From contig NC_134027.1 in the NCBI RefSeq assembly GCF_964204645.1, forward strand, positions 13,734,485-13,798,484: 64,000 bases of DNA, read 5' to 3'. Within the stretch, counting starts at the first letter, position 1, and each line of letters starts with the position of its first letter. Positions 51,391 to 63,057 of the stretch are shown one piece after another. The notes beneath the pieces are model-generated. The model was given only the letters and a program-made list of their open reading frames with translations, made no database searches and was not told the origin of the DNA. The position numbers and the translations under genes were made by a program. The DNA is from Tubulanus polymorphus. Its lineage: Eukaryota; Animalia; Nemertea.

Positions 51391-51594
51391 TATTTTGCTA
51401 ATAGATAATTCCATATTTTTATATCCAGCTTTCATATATCGCATGTGAAAGGTATTCCTAATTGAAAGCAAAATATTCCTACTTGGAAAAGTCACAATTT
51501 CTTCGGTTTCGATATATTCCTACTGAAACCTTCAATATTCCTAATTAATCTGCCATTCATCCCTAAATGGAATTTTGAAAGGTTGGCAGCCCTG

Positions 51595-51970
51595 CTAGAG
51601 GCCGCAATTGTTGACCGATTGTTTTAAAACTTGGTACACAAGTAGGATATCACTTGGGCCAGAACCCTATTTAAAATTGGTCAATTCGATTTAAATTATG
51701 GCCACCAGGGGGCCAACATAAAAAAAACGACGTTAACAGCCTAGAGGCCGCAATTGTTGACCAATTGTTTTAAAACTTGGTACACAAGTAGGATATTATG
51801 GCCACCAGGGGGCCGCCATGAAAAACGACGTTAACAGCCTAGAGGCCGCAATTGTTGACCGATTGTTTTAAAACTTGGTACACAAGTAGGATATCACTTG
51901 GGCCAGAACCCTATTTAAAATTGGGTCGATTAGATTTAAATTATGGCCACCAGGGGCCGACATGAAAAAC
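51595..51970 (+). repeat. Short tandem array, ~146-bp unit (3 units, one internally deleted)
   Basis: CTAGAGGCCGCAATTGTTGACC at ~51596, 51741 and 51839. Confidence 0.9.
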
Positions 51971-52067
51971 GCGCCAGTAGCTCATTCATCAAATGTTATT
52001 GGTAAATCAGCAAAAAATATTTAGGGTCCTTGTATGTTCTTTAATGGTAAATATTTTTATTTTCCAG

Positions 52068-52092
52068 TGGAAGTAATGAAACATGTGTATGA
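52068..52092 (+). CDS. Putative terminal coding exon (...GSNETCV*)
   Basis: Strong acceptor TTTTTATTTTCCAG; phase 2 matches the 32660 donor; AT-rich UTR-like sequence follows. Confidence 0.35.
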
Positions 52093-52852
52093 TGACAATA
52101 TTTGTTTGCTGGTTATTTGTACTCGAGGATTCATCATCGGTATTATACGATAAAGTCTATGTATTATATGTTGTATACATATATCCTGCCATTTGATTTT
52201 GAAATATATGATTTTGTTATTATGTTAATCACATTGATATAGTGTAATCCACATATCTATACCCAGGAAGCATAATCATGAATTTTCCTTGCTACGTCAA
52301 TATGAAATGAGCGTATTCAAAAAGTATGTACCTAAGAAAACCGCTTTTAATGGTGTATATTTTATGTCCAACTTGTATTCACAGTGCTCACCACTTGTGT
52401 GGAGCTTAAATAGATGAAAAAGTATAGGACAATGAACTAAATGGACATAAGTCCTCATTAAGCAAAAGGTCAAACCTAATATATACCGTGATACATATGG
52501 GGATACCAATTTAATCTTGAAATATGTAACGGCTGAAAATCTAGAGCTTTAAGATGTTTACGTCTCATCTGTTGAAATGCAAGAACTTATGTCTATGTAG
52601 TCCATTGTCCTGTATTTTACTTGAATTATATGTGTATATTATGTACACACAGTAAAACCTGAAGCAACTGTTAGACAGTTCATGTAATATCTTTCACCTA
52701 GAATTGACCGTCCTGGTGGTTTTCATTGCCGTATTTAGACTGCAGTGGCCCCCTCAGAAATTTTAGAAAGTGCAATTAAAGTTCAAATTCTAGGCACCGC
52801 CCTGGCATTAATTGTCTAATTAACGTTTTGCAAATGTTAAATCTACTATTAA

Positions 52853-53454
52853 AGGCCGACTTCAAGTATAAAAGGCCCATCATCTGTCAGACATGGCAGT
52901 ATCTCTGAACCCATGGAGCAGTCAAGAGCTCCAGCGTTGAAACTGGAATTTCCGTAATATCTCTGTCAGTTAACTGATTTGGACCCTCCTTTTTGTCAGG
53001 GATATGTGTAAACATGTAATATAGTCATATCTATGGCTTAAAATTTAGTTTAAGCCCTCCTTCATGCATAAATTAGCAATTTACTTAGTGCATTCTTCAA
53101 ATTTTCAAATCTTTGAATGACAAGCTGGGAGGAGTTATTCACCTCACCACAGAGAGCACAGTGACCTTTTATGTTCAACTCCATTATTACTGGAGGAATT
53201 CTTATCAAAAACATCTACAAAATCAGCGAATTCTGATTAAGAAGATTACTATGACCAAAATGATATCAAACATATACGAAAAAAGTTTTTCTTTACGTGT
53301 CACTGTGATACTGTGTGATACTGGTGTGAGCCAGATGTGTTCCAGTAAACACTATAAACAAACTACCGCTTGCTAGTTGCTAGTGGGATGTGGCCTGCAC
53401 TGCGAATCTCAAGTACTAACCGGTGGGTTTTTGGACCTCCATTTGAGTCGGCCT
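52853..53454. mobile_element. Kolobok-like MITE
   Basis: TTAA|AGGCCGACT ... AGTCGGCCT|TTAA. Confidence 0.65.
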
Positions 53455-55239
53455 TTAACGTAATGCAGTTGTATGTTATTCAATACTTAATGCTCGTTTC
53501 AAATAAGCTGATAGTCTGATTTCTTTGCGCTACTGTTTTGACTCATGTTGCTATCCTATCTTTGAACCTATGAAATATTTGTTTGACAAAGTATGGTCGT
53601 GCTCTATAAGTATCTTGCAAACAGATACTATATGTAGGCTGGCTGAAATAAGGGCTTCGCATAGAACTTTTTATGGACTTTCGCTTTAGCGAAGTCCATT
53701 TTGTTATCCCATATATAACTTCTTCATTTGGTACAAAATAACTTCCAAACGAGGCTTAGCTTCTCTTCGGGACTTTTAAAACATTTAATGCAGTAATAAA
53801 AGCTCTAACCCTATTGAAGAATTTCATCGGAATCCGTTGCTTATTTATCAATTTAGTTATTTATTTGTTGTTGGAACTACATTTCGTTTCGGAAGAACAC
53901 ATGCCCTTTTACGTATATTCACGCTTCACACACTTGCGTGACGCATTTACTCACTGCAATGTAGTGTATTGATCAGTCCATGTATGTGAAAAGCGCGCCT
54001 CGTATGGCCTAGTTGAAGTTTTCTTTGAAACTGCAAATGATTCAACTGCCAAGGTTCGTAGCGGCCGGCCGGAAAGCAGTGCATTTCTAGAAGGGCAGTA
54101 AAATTGGGAAAGAGGGGAGTGAATCTTGGAAATTTTTTAATTTATGAAAGTAAATTGTCTAACTAACTTCGTTCACAATGTATAGAAATTGTCACAACAT
54201 GAACGTGGAGAGTGTCTATTTGAGTCAGTGGGGAAAACCTGCTGCCATGTATATTCATGATGAATCATCATGCAGTTGTGTGTGATGGAGATTGTATCAA
54301 TAGACAGATTTTCATGAAAACCTCAGGCTTCTATCAAGGGGTCGTCTTAGGCTTTTTTGATTACTTGGAGCACGGATTCTCTGAAATTCTGCCAAAGCTG
54401 CATGCCGAAGATAGGAATGTGTTTCCATTCATAATTCGAATAAAAGACATTCTTTTCTTGATATTATTTTCCGTCCTTATTTTCAATCTAATTGTCTGTA
54501 AAATGTCAGCCTTCTCCCATCATTTGAATTCAATCCAATTATAGTTTTCAATATTTTTCATTTGTTCTGCTCATAATCGCTAATCTAGGCTACAACCAAT
54601 TTTTAAATTTGTATACTGATTAAACATACAATCATGTAAATTTAGGAAAGTCCATATTAAGAATTTTGTTTCTTGTTGGAAAATATTTTTGTGTTAACCC
54701 TTTGATAAATAATTTGACCTTATGAATTAGGTCGAGATTACATTCGCACATTCTCATAGGAATGTTAAGGAATGGGCTAAAAACATAGCTGGCAGCTGGG
54801 TGGAATATGAATCTATATAGGGGCTGTCTATAAAAGACGTCCATGGTTGAGGGTGGGGTTGTGAAGTTTGGACTTCTATAGACAAGGGGGAGGGGGTTGT
54901 TTGGATGTGGACCTCTCAAATCTTGTAAGCCAGAACAAATCATTTAGTGCATTACATGGATCATTACTTCAACTTCAAATTAGAGGAGAAATAGGTCACA
55001 TTGGCTTATAGATGTTTTTAAGCATACCCCCAGTAATATAATTTCTGGAATATTAAACATAGTCCATCAGCAATGCTATCCGTCGAGGTGAGATGACTGA
55101 AAATACTTGTTTGTTGACCATTTCAAGAATCCTTTATATTGCTGCTGGGTTCTATGTGTCATCAAAAAGGTCACTGTATAAAAAAAGGGTTCCATGCATC
55201 CCTTAAGAAAGTTATTTGCATGCGGGTTCATAACTCAAT

Positions 55240-56110
55240 TTTAGCCCACTTTGGACTTTAAGTCCCAGCTATTGCGTTCACTTAACATCTGTCCAATGAC
55301 GGAATCCAGTTATTTTGGTAAGTTTTGAAGACGCTACAAGTAATTTCTTAATATTTGGTTTATACATGTATCTACTCTAGACACATCTTCGGCCCAAAAA
55401 CTGGCACTGTCAGATTCAAGATGGCCGACTGGCAGCCATTGTTGTTTACCAAAATCGGCACTTTTTACCCATTGTTGAAGTTTTCAAGGGAAATTTTGAA
55501 GACGCTTTTATCAATTGCCTTGATGTTATGTATACATTTGTATCCCCCAAGGGCCCATCAGCATGAGAAAAATTGGGTCGATCGGACTCAAGAAGTGTAT
55601 TTTGACGGACAAATTTAACTCACAGAATGCATCATTTGCCATCTTATGAAAAGCTGACAGGATAGTGCCCCTTGGGGCTCTTTTTGATCAGACAATTATG
55701 ACTCAATTGGCAACCATCTAGGTGTCATCAGTGCTCATTCATAGGTGGAAGAAAGTTTTTCCACATTAAATTGATACCTAAGCATATTAGCATATTTTGT
55801 TACCACTATCAATTGGAATGTTGTAGCCCATGACATGGTCTATGATCGTAGTGAGTTTCACAGTCATTGGTTTTTGAAAATGGCCACCAGGGGGCATTGA
55901 ACAATGCAATAACTTAGTACTTCTATATTATATTTGTACCTATGCATGTTTTGGTACCACAATCAATCACAAAATTGTAGCTGCTGACATGTTTTATGAT
56001 TGTGGCGAGTTTCAAGGTAATTGGAGGAGGCGTTGAATTTTTAAATTTTTAGATTGTTGAGCATCTGAAACCACTTCCCAAGTGGGCATGGTGCCCCTGG
56101 ACCCCTAGTT
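55240..56110 (+). mobile_element. HINE-like family A copy 4 (two repeats, diverged)
   Basis: Same termini and core. Confidence 0.8.
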
Positions 56111-57217
56111 TAAAAATCATTATAGATAAAACAACGATGTCTATGAACTTAACACGTGTCTGCAATATATGTTTGCAAAATCAAAGAAAAGTGGTTCTGC
56201 CTACTAGATAATGCCCGCTCCTCATGACCACAATAGTACCTCGATCTATCACAACTACCGAAGTCTAAAAACAAATAAACAAAATTTTTATCATTTTCTG
56301 CACGATTATGATCGCAAATGGCAATAACTCGATCTCCCAGTCTTCAATATGTTGAATATGAATAAACTTAACATGATACAACACACCAATATTCGGTGCG
56401 TAACCAATCAAGAGTATTACTGTGACAGTAGTTAGTAACTGTATTATATATCATTGAGCTTAAAGTATGTATGAGTACGGTCAAATGGAATGTAACATAT
56501 CAAATGTTGGCTGAGGGAATTATCATGGTAGCAGGCATAATGTCAAAAGCCCGTAACTTTGATGTAAGAAGAGAGTCGTTGTATGATATATCACAAGAGA
56601 TGATCCCGCTAAAATATTGAAGATGATAGTATTACTGTGCTGATTCATTTAGTTGATATCATATTAGTTGTGCAACTCTAATTTCGTACCTTTTGTTATT
56701 AGTGCTATATCTATGTTTTATTATCGGCATAAACATAGTAAATTATTCATGTATATACATTCCATTCTATTTTTGTATCTATTTTCTATTTTGTATACAT
56801 ATAAATGTGGCTATTTCCTTTATCTGAAATAAATAATAACAATTAATATTGATGTCATAAAATAATTAGTTTTTATCATGTGACATGTGCCTACAATCGA
56901 TAAAGGCGTATCTAACATTTTCATGGTGGAATATATTCACCGTCTTCCCTAAGGGGTTCTTACGGACACGAAGGACATATTAAAGATACAACGTCATAAG
57001 TACCTGGTACGGTACTGCAGATTTTGCACAGGGCCACCTTGATATCTTCCAATTGTCACGATATCACGTGACCGGGAACCTCAAACCATATAACAGGAAC
57101 TCGTCACTGGAAATGAATATGTTCATTTACACTATATGCAGACAGTAAGTAGACAGATACTTATATTCGGCGAAATAACGATTGGCATCAACTAATCATG
57201 CGGTACGCAATGGACCA

Positions 57218-57395
57218 CAGCACTTGCAGCCAGGAAGTGTGACGCGTAAATCACTGCACTGGTAGCCAGGAAAAAGATGAAAAATCACACGGCACTTATA
57301 GCCAGAAAAGTAATCGCGGCACTTGTAGCCGGAAAAGGTGACAGTATCGGTGCGGCACGTATAGCCGGAGATAAAGGAAGTCACTGGCAGGCGTT
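57218..57395 (+). repeat. Array of ~15-bp motif GCACTTRTAGCCRG with variable spacers
   Basis: Five or six copies at ~27-37 bp spacing. Confidence 0.75.
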
Positions 57396-57716
57396 AGCTA
57401 CAAAATATAAGCTGGATACAAAAACACATTTTGAGTATCATACCAATATTATACAATGACTTAAAGTTTCCTAAATTAACTATCGTTATAACTACGTAGG
57501 AACACATCTATAACAACTATGCTTATTATAGGATAATGATAAATATCGAAAGACGACAGAATCTCACTTATATATCTAAGTCACAATGAATCTTATTAAA
57601 TATCGACATTCACGCCCAAAACCAGACTACGACAAGTGATTACTATGGATTATGAATTATGGAAAAATAAGAAAATATAAAATTCGTGTAAGACTTACGT
57701 ATCGGGCAAAGCGCGT

Positions 57717-58112
57717 GAGTAATAGGCTTTCAGGCCAAAGGTCGAAGGGTCGAGCTCATTAAAAAACAAAACATTAAAAGTAATTTAAAACTATAATATA
57801 TTTTCATAACCGTGTGTATTTTATATTATAACTAAATATTTATTCTAAGATATCAATAATTTAAATTTAAAAAGCATATTGTATTAAATCAATTGGTCGC
57901 TCCACTTCGCTACCGCTCCGCGACCAATTGATTTATTTACAATACACAAATTCATAATCAAATATATTTTAATAATAATTATTATTCTATTATTCAACTG
58001 AAATACACACGGTTATGAAAATATATTATAGTTTTAAATTACTTTTAATATTTGTTTTTAATGAACTCGACCATTCAACCTTTAACCTGAAAGCCCATTA
58101 CCCCTATTACTC
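57717..58112. repeat. ~400-bp foldback palindrome (MITE-like)
   Basis: 57720-57820 inverted vs 58000-58100; central stem AAATCAATTGGTCGC / GCGACCAATTGATTT. Confidence 0.85.
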
Positions 58113-58316
58113 TTAAAATAATCATATAAATGAATAACATCTAATTGACAGATTATTCAATATAAAAGTATATATTTACAACATTATTTCAATATTCATA
58201 TTTGTGTGAGTTAGATTTTTAAACATTAAAAGTGTTAGTAAAGTGTGATTGAAATAATACATGATATAAATCATTGAACTTCTAAAATCAATTTAGTAAA
58301 AAAATATGTATAATAA

Positions 58317-58970
58317 ATGGAATCAGAACAACCACAAACTATCAATATTACAAATAACACTGGCGTCATAAATATATACTACAAGAAGTGTTCTAAATGT
58401 GAAATAGATAAATTAGCTATAACAGAATTTAATAAGCGTAAGATTAGCAAAGATGGTTTTCAATATTGCTGTAAAACTTGTTTTAAACTATATACCAAAC
58501 AATACCGAGAAGATAATATAGAACATTATAATTATTATATGGCAGAATATATGAGAGAAAGATATCAAACAGATCTTAATTTTAGATTGAAACAATGTTT
58601 AAGATCTAGATTAACACAATTATTCAACAAAGAAACACATTCAGAAACACTATCTAATTTGTTGGGTTGTACAGATGAATTTCTCATATCATGGATAATA
58701 TATCAATTCGATGATAAAATGAATATAGATAATTATGGTGAATACTTTCATATTGATCACGTGTTGCCGATTTCTAAATTTGACATGAATGATGAATACA
58801 ATAAAAAACTTATTTGGGGTTGGAAAAATTTAAGACCTTTAGAAAAGAAGGAAAACATAATTAAATCTAACAAACTAGATATGAAATTATATTTAGATCA
58901 ACTGGATAAAGCAAAGACATTTGTTGAATTATGGAACTCAACACATAATGAAAAATACGTTGAATCTTAA
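58317..58970 (+). CDS. Virus-like HNH-type endonuclease with N-terminal CxxC..CxxC zinc ribbon
   Basis: KKCSKC..FNK..DG.QYCCKTC; LLGC; NYGEYFHIDHVLP..F; NLRPLEKKENIIKSNK; intronless, AT-rich. Confidence 0.75.
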   Translation: MESEQPQTINITNNTGVINIYYKKCSKCEIDKLAITEFNKRKISKDGFQYCCKTCFKLYTKQYREDNIEHYNYYMAEYMRERYQTDLNFRLKQCLRSRLTQLFNKETHSETLSNLLGCTDEFLISWIIYQFDDKMNIDNYGEYFHIDHVLPISKFDMNDEYNKKLIWGWKNLRPLEKKENIIKSNKLDMKLYLDQLDKAKTFVELWNSTHNEKYVES

Positions 58971-59559
58971 ACGCTTAGAAAACCGGTTACTCTCGATCTA
59001 TGTCAAACCGCCTATATGTAATTGTATTAGGTTGTTTACAAAAACAACTGTGCCGTATTTCATATTCAGTTGAATGGGACGCACCTCATTTGAATATTGA
59101 TCGAATGTGCTATTTCAGTTGAAAAGGATTAATCAATTACATCACAAAGGAACATCTGTTACAATCCAGGCAAATATGTGCAGAAATAATTAGTTTGGTC
59201 GAACGTGCGCCACGTCGGCAGTTAGAAATCAACTGTCACATACATAGTACGTATTGGATATTCTCTCTCAAAACACAGTTTACAGTTCTAAATCTAAATG
59301 TAAGTACATATATTATGAAGTAGGGAAACCTTTAAACATATTTAAGTACAGTAATTCATTTTCACGACATCTTTTAGATTAAAATGGAATACAGAGATCA
59401 ACCAGAAAATCTAAGCCAACCATCGGAAAAGGAACTAATGCTGCTGGATAGTGAAACACAGGAATCAATAGAAATGGAGGATGAAACTCTCGTAACACAC
59501 TGAAGGTCTTTGTAATATAGATATCAAAAATGTAATCTCGATTGTATATATCTGTTTTA

Positions 59560-59920
59560 ATATTGTATTGATTACTGTTAACTAAGTATTGCGCAATAAC
59601 CGGTCCGATTGAACCGCTTTTCTATTGTTCTCCATTGTTCTACTATTGATCGTTGTTAATGGCGGCGGTTGTTCTGTATTGATTGTTTACTGTTAACTAA
59701 GTATTGCGCAATAACCGGTCCGATTGAACCGCTTTTCTATTGTTCTCCATTGTTCTACTATTGATCGTTGTTGACGGAAACAGCTGCTCAATATTGATTG
59801 GTTACATTTCTATGTTTGAATGTTGTAGTTTACAGAATAAAAATATAACTGTGTATTGCGCAATAACCGGTCCGATTGGACCGCATTTCTATTGTTCTCC
59901 ATTGTTCTATTATCGATCGC
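59560..59920 (+). repeat. Three-copy tandem repeat (115-155 bp spacing)
   Basis: GTATTGCGCAATAACCGGTCCGATTG at ~59586, 59701 and 59853. Confidence 0.9.
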
Positions 59921-60126
59921 TAAAATTTACATAATAAATATATGTGTTTATAAATTAATATTTCCACCAGTCGTTTCGTTGAGTTGATTTTCAGTTGAGG
60001 ATTTATTATCGAGGATCCGAAATGACTTATCAAAAACAGCGAGGAATGAAAAAGGATGACGTTAGTCGAAGAAATGGAAGAGGATTCTAAAATATTAATC
60101 AATTTTATTAAAAATTTGATTTATAA

Positions 60127-60342
60127 ATGGAAAGGAATGATGAATACAATAAAAAACTTATTTGGAATTTGAAAAATTTAAGACCTCTTGAAAAGAAAGA
60201 AAATCAAATCAAATCTAATAAACTAGATTTACAGTTATATTTAGAACAGTTAACAAAGGCAAAGAAATTTATTGATCAATGGAACAATGATACAAATAAT
60301 GAACAATACGTTGAGGAATTTGATATCAAGGATCCGAAATGA
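60127..60342 (+). pseudogene. Diverged C-terminal duplicate of the HNH ORF
   Basis: NDEYNKKLIW..KNLRPLEKKEN.IKSNKLD..LYL.QL.KAK.F matches 58.79-58.97 kb. Confidence 0.8.
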
Positions 60343-60651
60343 CTTATCTGGACAGTTATAATTATTGCTCCTAATAGATAAACAAAAGTAGTGAGATATC
60401 AAATAGAATTCAAATAAAATATATTAAAAAAACAATAACTTCAACTAGCCATTATTTCTATTTTGATTTTTAATATTTTCTTTTACAATTCTTTTGAAAA
60501 GAATACTTTATATCACAAATAAAAAATACTAAAAAAACAATAACTAATACTAGAATTCTTTAACTTTAACTATCTAGTATTAATCTAAAGAGATACTGGT
60601 ATCATTTTATAATACTTATAATATTTTTCTTATTAAATTTCTCTAATATAA

Positions 60652-61245
60652 ATGTCAAAGAAATCTAATAAGAATAGTATTGATATTGAAAAAACATTAA
60701 ATGATTTAGGTATTAGTGATAATAAGGATATTCCAACCAAAATTGAAAATAATATTCAAGTTAATTGTAATATAGATTATGAATACTATTTATATTGTAA
60801 GCATCATCTAGAACTATTGATTGCTGGCGGAAAATCTAAAGAGTTTTTAAATAGAATCATTACTTTTCAAGAATTAGATGCTATGAAACCCGATAAAGTA
60901 ATAAAATATTTGAAGATTTATGAAGAGGCAAGATTAGCCCGAATAAATGATTCTATTTCAGATGGTATTGTCAAATGTTATTCTAAGTTATGTAACCAGT
61001 TAATACCAATTAATGATGAAAATAAATTATATAATGATTTGAAAAATGACTATTTAGTTATGACTGAATTACAAAAATGGGTTGGTTATCCTTCATTTCA
61101 ATTAGGATCGGTTATGACATTAATTTCTACCGGCGTCATAACATTTTCGAACATCAAACCTATGGAATATAAATCAGGTAAGAACGAAACAGATGTACTA
61201 CAACCAAACGGTGAAACAGAGTATCCTAAGTCGTCTTCTGTTTAA
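60652..61245 (+). CDS. Hypothetical intronless protein, possibly Polinton/Maverick-virus-associated
   Basis: 197-aa ORF in very AT-rich DNA; GGKSK..L..YE.R..L..DL.ND pattern with hydrophobic C-terminal segment, recalled from invertebrate Polinton-like ORFs (unverified). Confidence 0.6.
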   Translation: MSKKSNKNSIDIEKTLNDLGISDNKDIPTKIENNIQVNCNIDYEYYLYCKHHLELLIAGGKSKEFLNRIITFQELDAMKPDKVIKYLKIYEEARLARINDSISDGIVKCYSKLCNQLIPINDENKLYNDLKNDYLVMTELQKWVGYPSFQLGSVMTLISTGVITFSNIKPMEYKSGKNETDVLQPNGETEYPKSSSV

Positions 61246-61339
61246 TGTCCTGACAAATGACATACACAGTAATCCAAAATATACCAGACCGAGTAAATTT
61301 CCAAAACGACCTTAACACACTGTTCGACCAAAAAACTTA

Positions 61340-61642
61340 ACAAAACCACGGGCGACAAAACCAAAATTATGAATTGTCGCGGGTGACAAAACCAAAATAT
61401 TGAATTGTCACGGGTGACAAAATAAAAATAATGAATTGTCGCGGGCGATAAAACCAAAATAACGAATTGTCGCGGGCGATAAAACCACAATAATGAATTG
61501 TCGCGGGCGTTAAAACCAAAATATTGAATTGTCGCGGCCGATAAAACCAAAATAATGAATTGTCGCGGACGGCAAAAACAAAATATTGAATTGTTGCGTG
61601 CGACAAAACCAAAATAATGAATTGTCGCGGGCGACAAAACCA
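61340..61642 (+). repeat. 31-bp satellite, left segment
   Basis: Unit AAAACCAAAATAATGAATTGTCGCGGGCGA(C/T). Confidence 0.95.
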
Positions 61643-63057
61643 AACTAGGGGTCCAGGGACACCATGCTCACTTGGGAAGTGGTTTCAAATGCTCAACAAT
61701 CTAACAATTTCAATACATAACGCCCTCTAGTGACCATATACAAAAACCAATGACCTTGAAACCCACCACAATCATAGAACATGTGAGCAGCTATGATTTT
61801 GTAATTGATTGTGATAACAAAATATGCCGCGTTACCAATTTAATATGGAAATACTAAGTTATTCTACTATTCAACGCCCCCTGGTGACCATATGCAAAAC
61901 TCAATGACCTTAAAACTCACCACAATCGTAGTACATGTCATGAAATACAACTTTGCAATTGATCATAGTAACAAAATATGCCTAGGTACCAATCTAATAA
62001 GGAAATACTAAGCCATTCTACTATTCAACGCCCCCTGGTGACCATATGGAAAAACTTATGTCCTTAAAAACTCACCACAATCATAGACGATGTCATGAAC
62101 TACAACTTTGCAATTGATCATGGTAACAAACTATGCCTAGGTACCAATCTAATAAGGAAAAACTAAGCTTTTCTACTATTCAACGCCCCCTGGTGACTAT
62201 ATGGAATAACTAATGTCCTTAAAAACTCACGACAATCATAGACGATGTCATGAACTACAACTTTGCAATTGATCATCGTAACAAAATATGCCTTGGTACA
62301 AATATAATATAGCAATACTAAGTTATTGTATTATTCAACGCCCCCTGATGGCCACATACAAAAACCAATGACCTTGAAACTCACCAAAATCATAGAACAC
62401 GTAAGGGGCTACAACTTTCCAATTGAATATAGTAACACAATATGCTTAGGTATCAATTTAATGTGGAAAAACTTTTTCCCACCTACGAATGAGTACTGAT
62501 GACACCAAGATGGCCGCCAATTGCGTCATAATTGGCTAATCAAAAATACCTGTCCCAGGTATAAAACATCCCTCTCTAAAGAATACCCATCAGCAATTGC
62601 AATGAGAAATTGCAAACCAGTAGGAAGCTACAGGACCTAGAATTCTGGCCAAAATTGACATTTTTGGGCACTAAAAAGGTCATAGGACGGCCATCTTGAG
62701 TCAGATCGACCCAATTTTCTTATGCTGATGGGCCTTTGGTAGATTCAAATAGAAACGAAAGATCAAGGTAATTGATCAAAGCGTCTTCAAAATTTCCCAC
62801 GAAAATGTTTAAAAAGTGCTGATTTTGGCAAACAACAATGGCTGCCAGTCGGCCATTTTGAATCTGACAGGGCCAGTTTTTTGGTTGACGATGTGGCTAG
62901 GGTAGATACATGTATAAACCAAATATCAAGACATTACCTTGAAGCGTCTTCAAAACTTCCCAAAATAACTGGATTCCGTCTATGGACGGACGGACGAACA
63001 GACGGACGAAAAGTGAATGCAATAGCCCACTGGGACTAAAGTCCCAAGTGGGCTGAA
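61643..63057 (-). mobile_element. HINE-like family A copy 5 (five repeats), inserted in the satellite
   Basis: Reverse complement of copy 2; sits in an A-run of a satellite unit. Confidence 0.88.
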
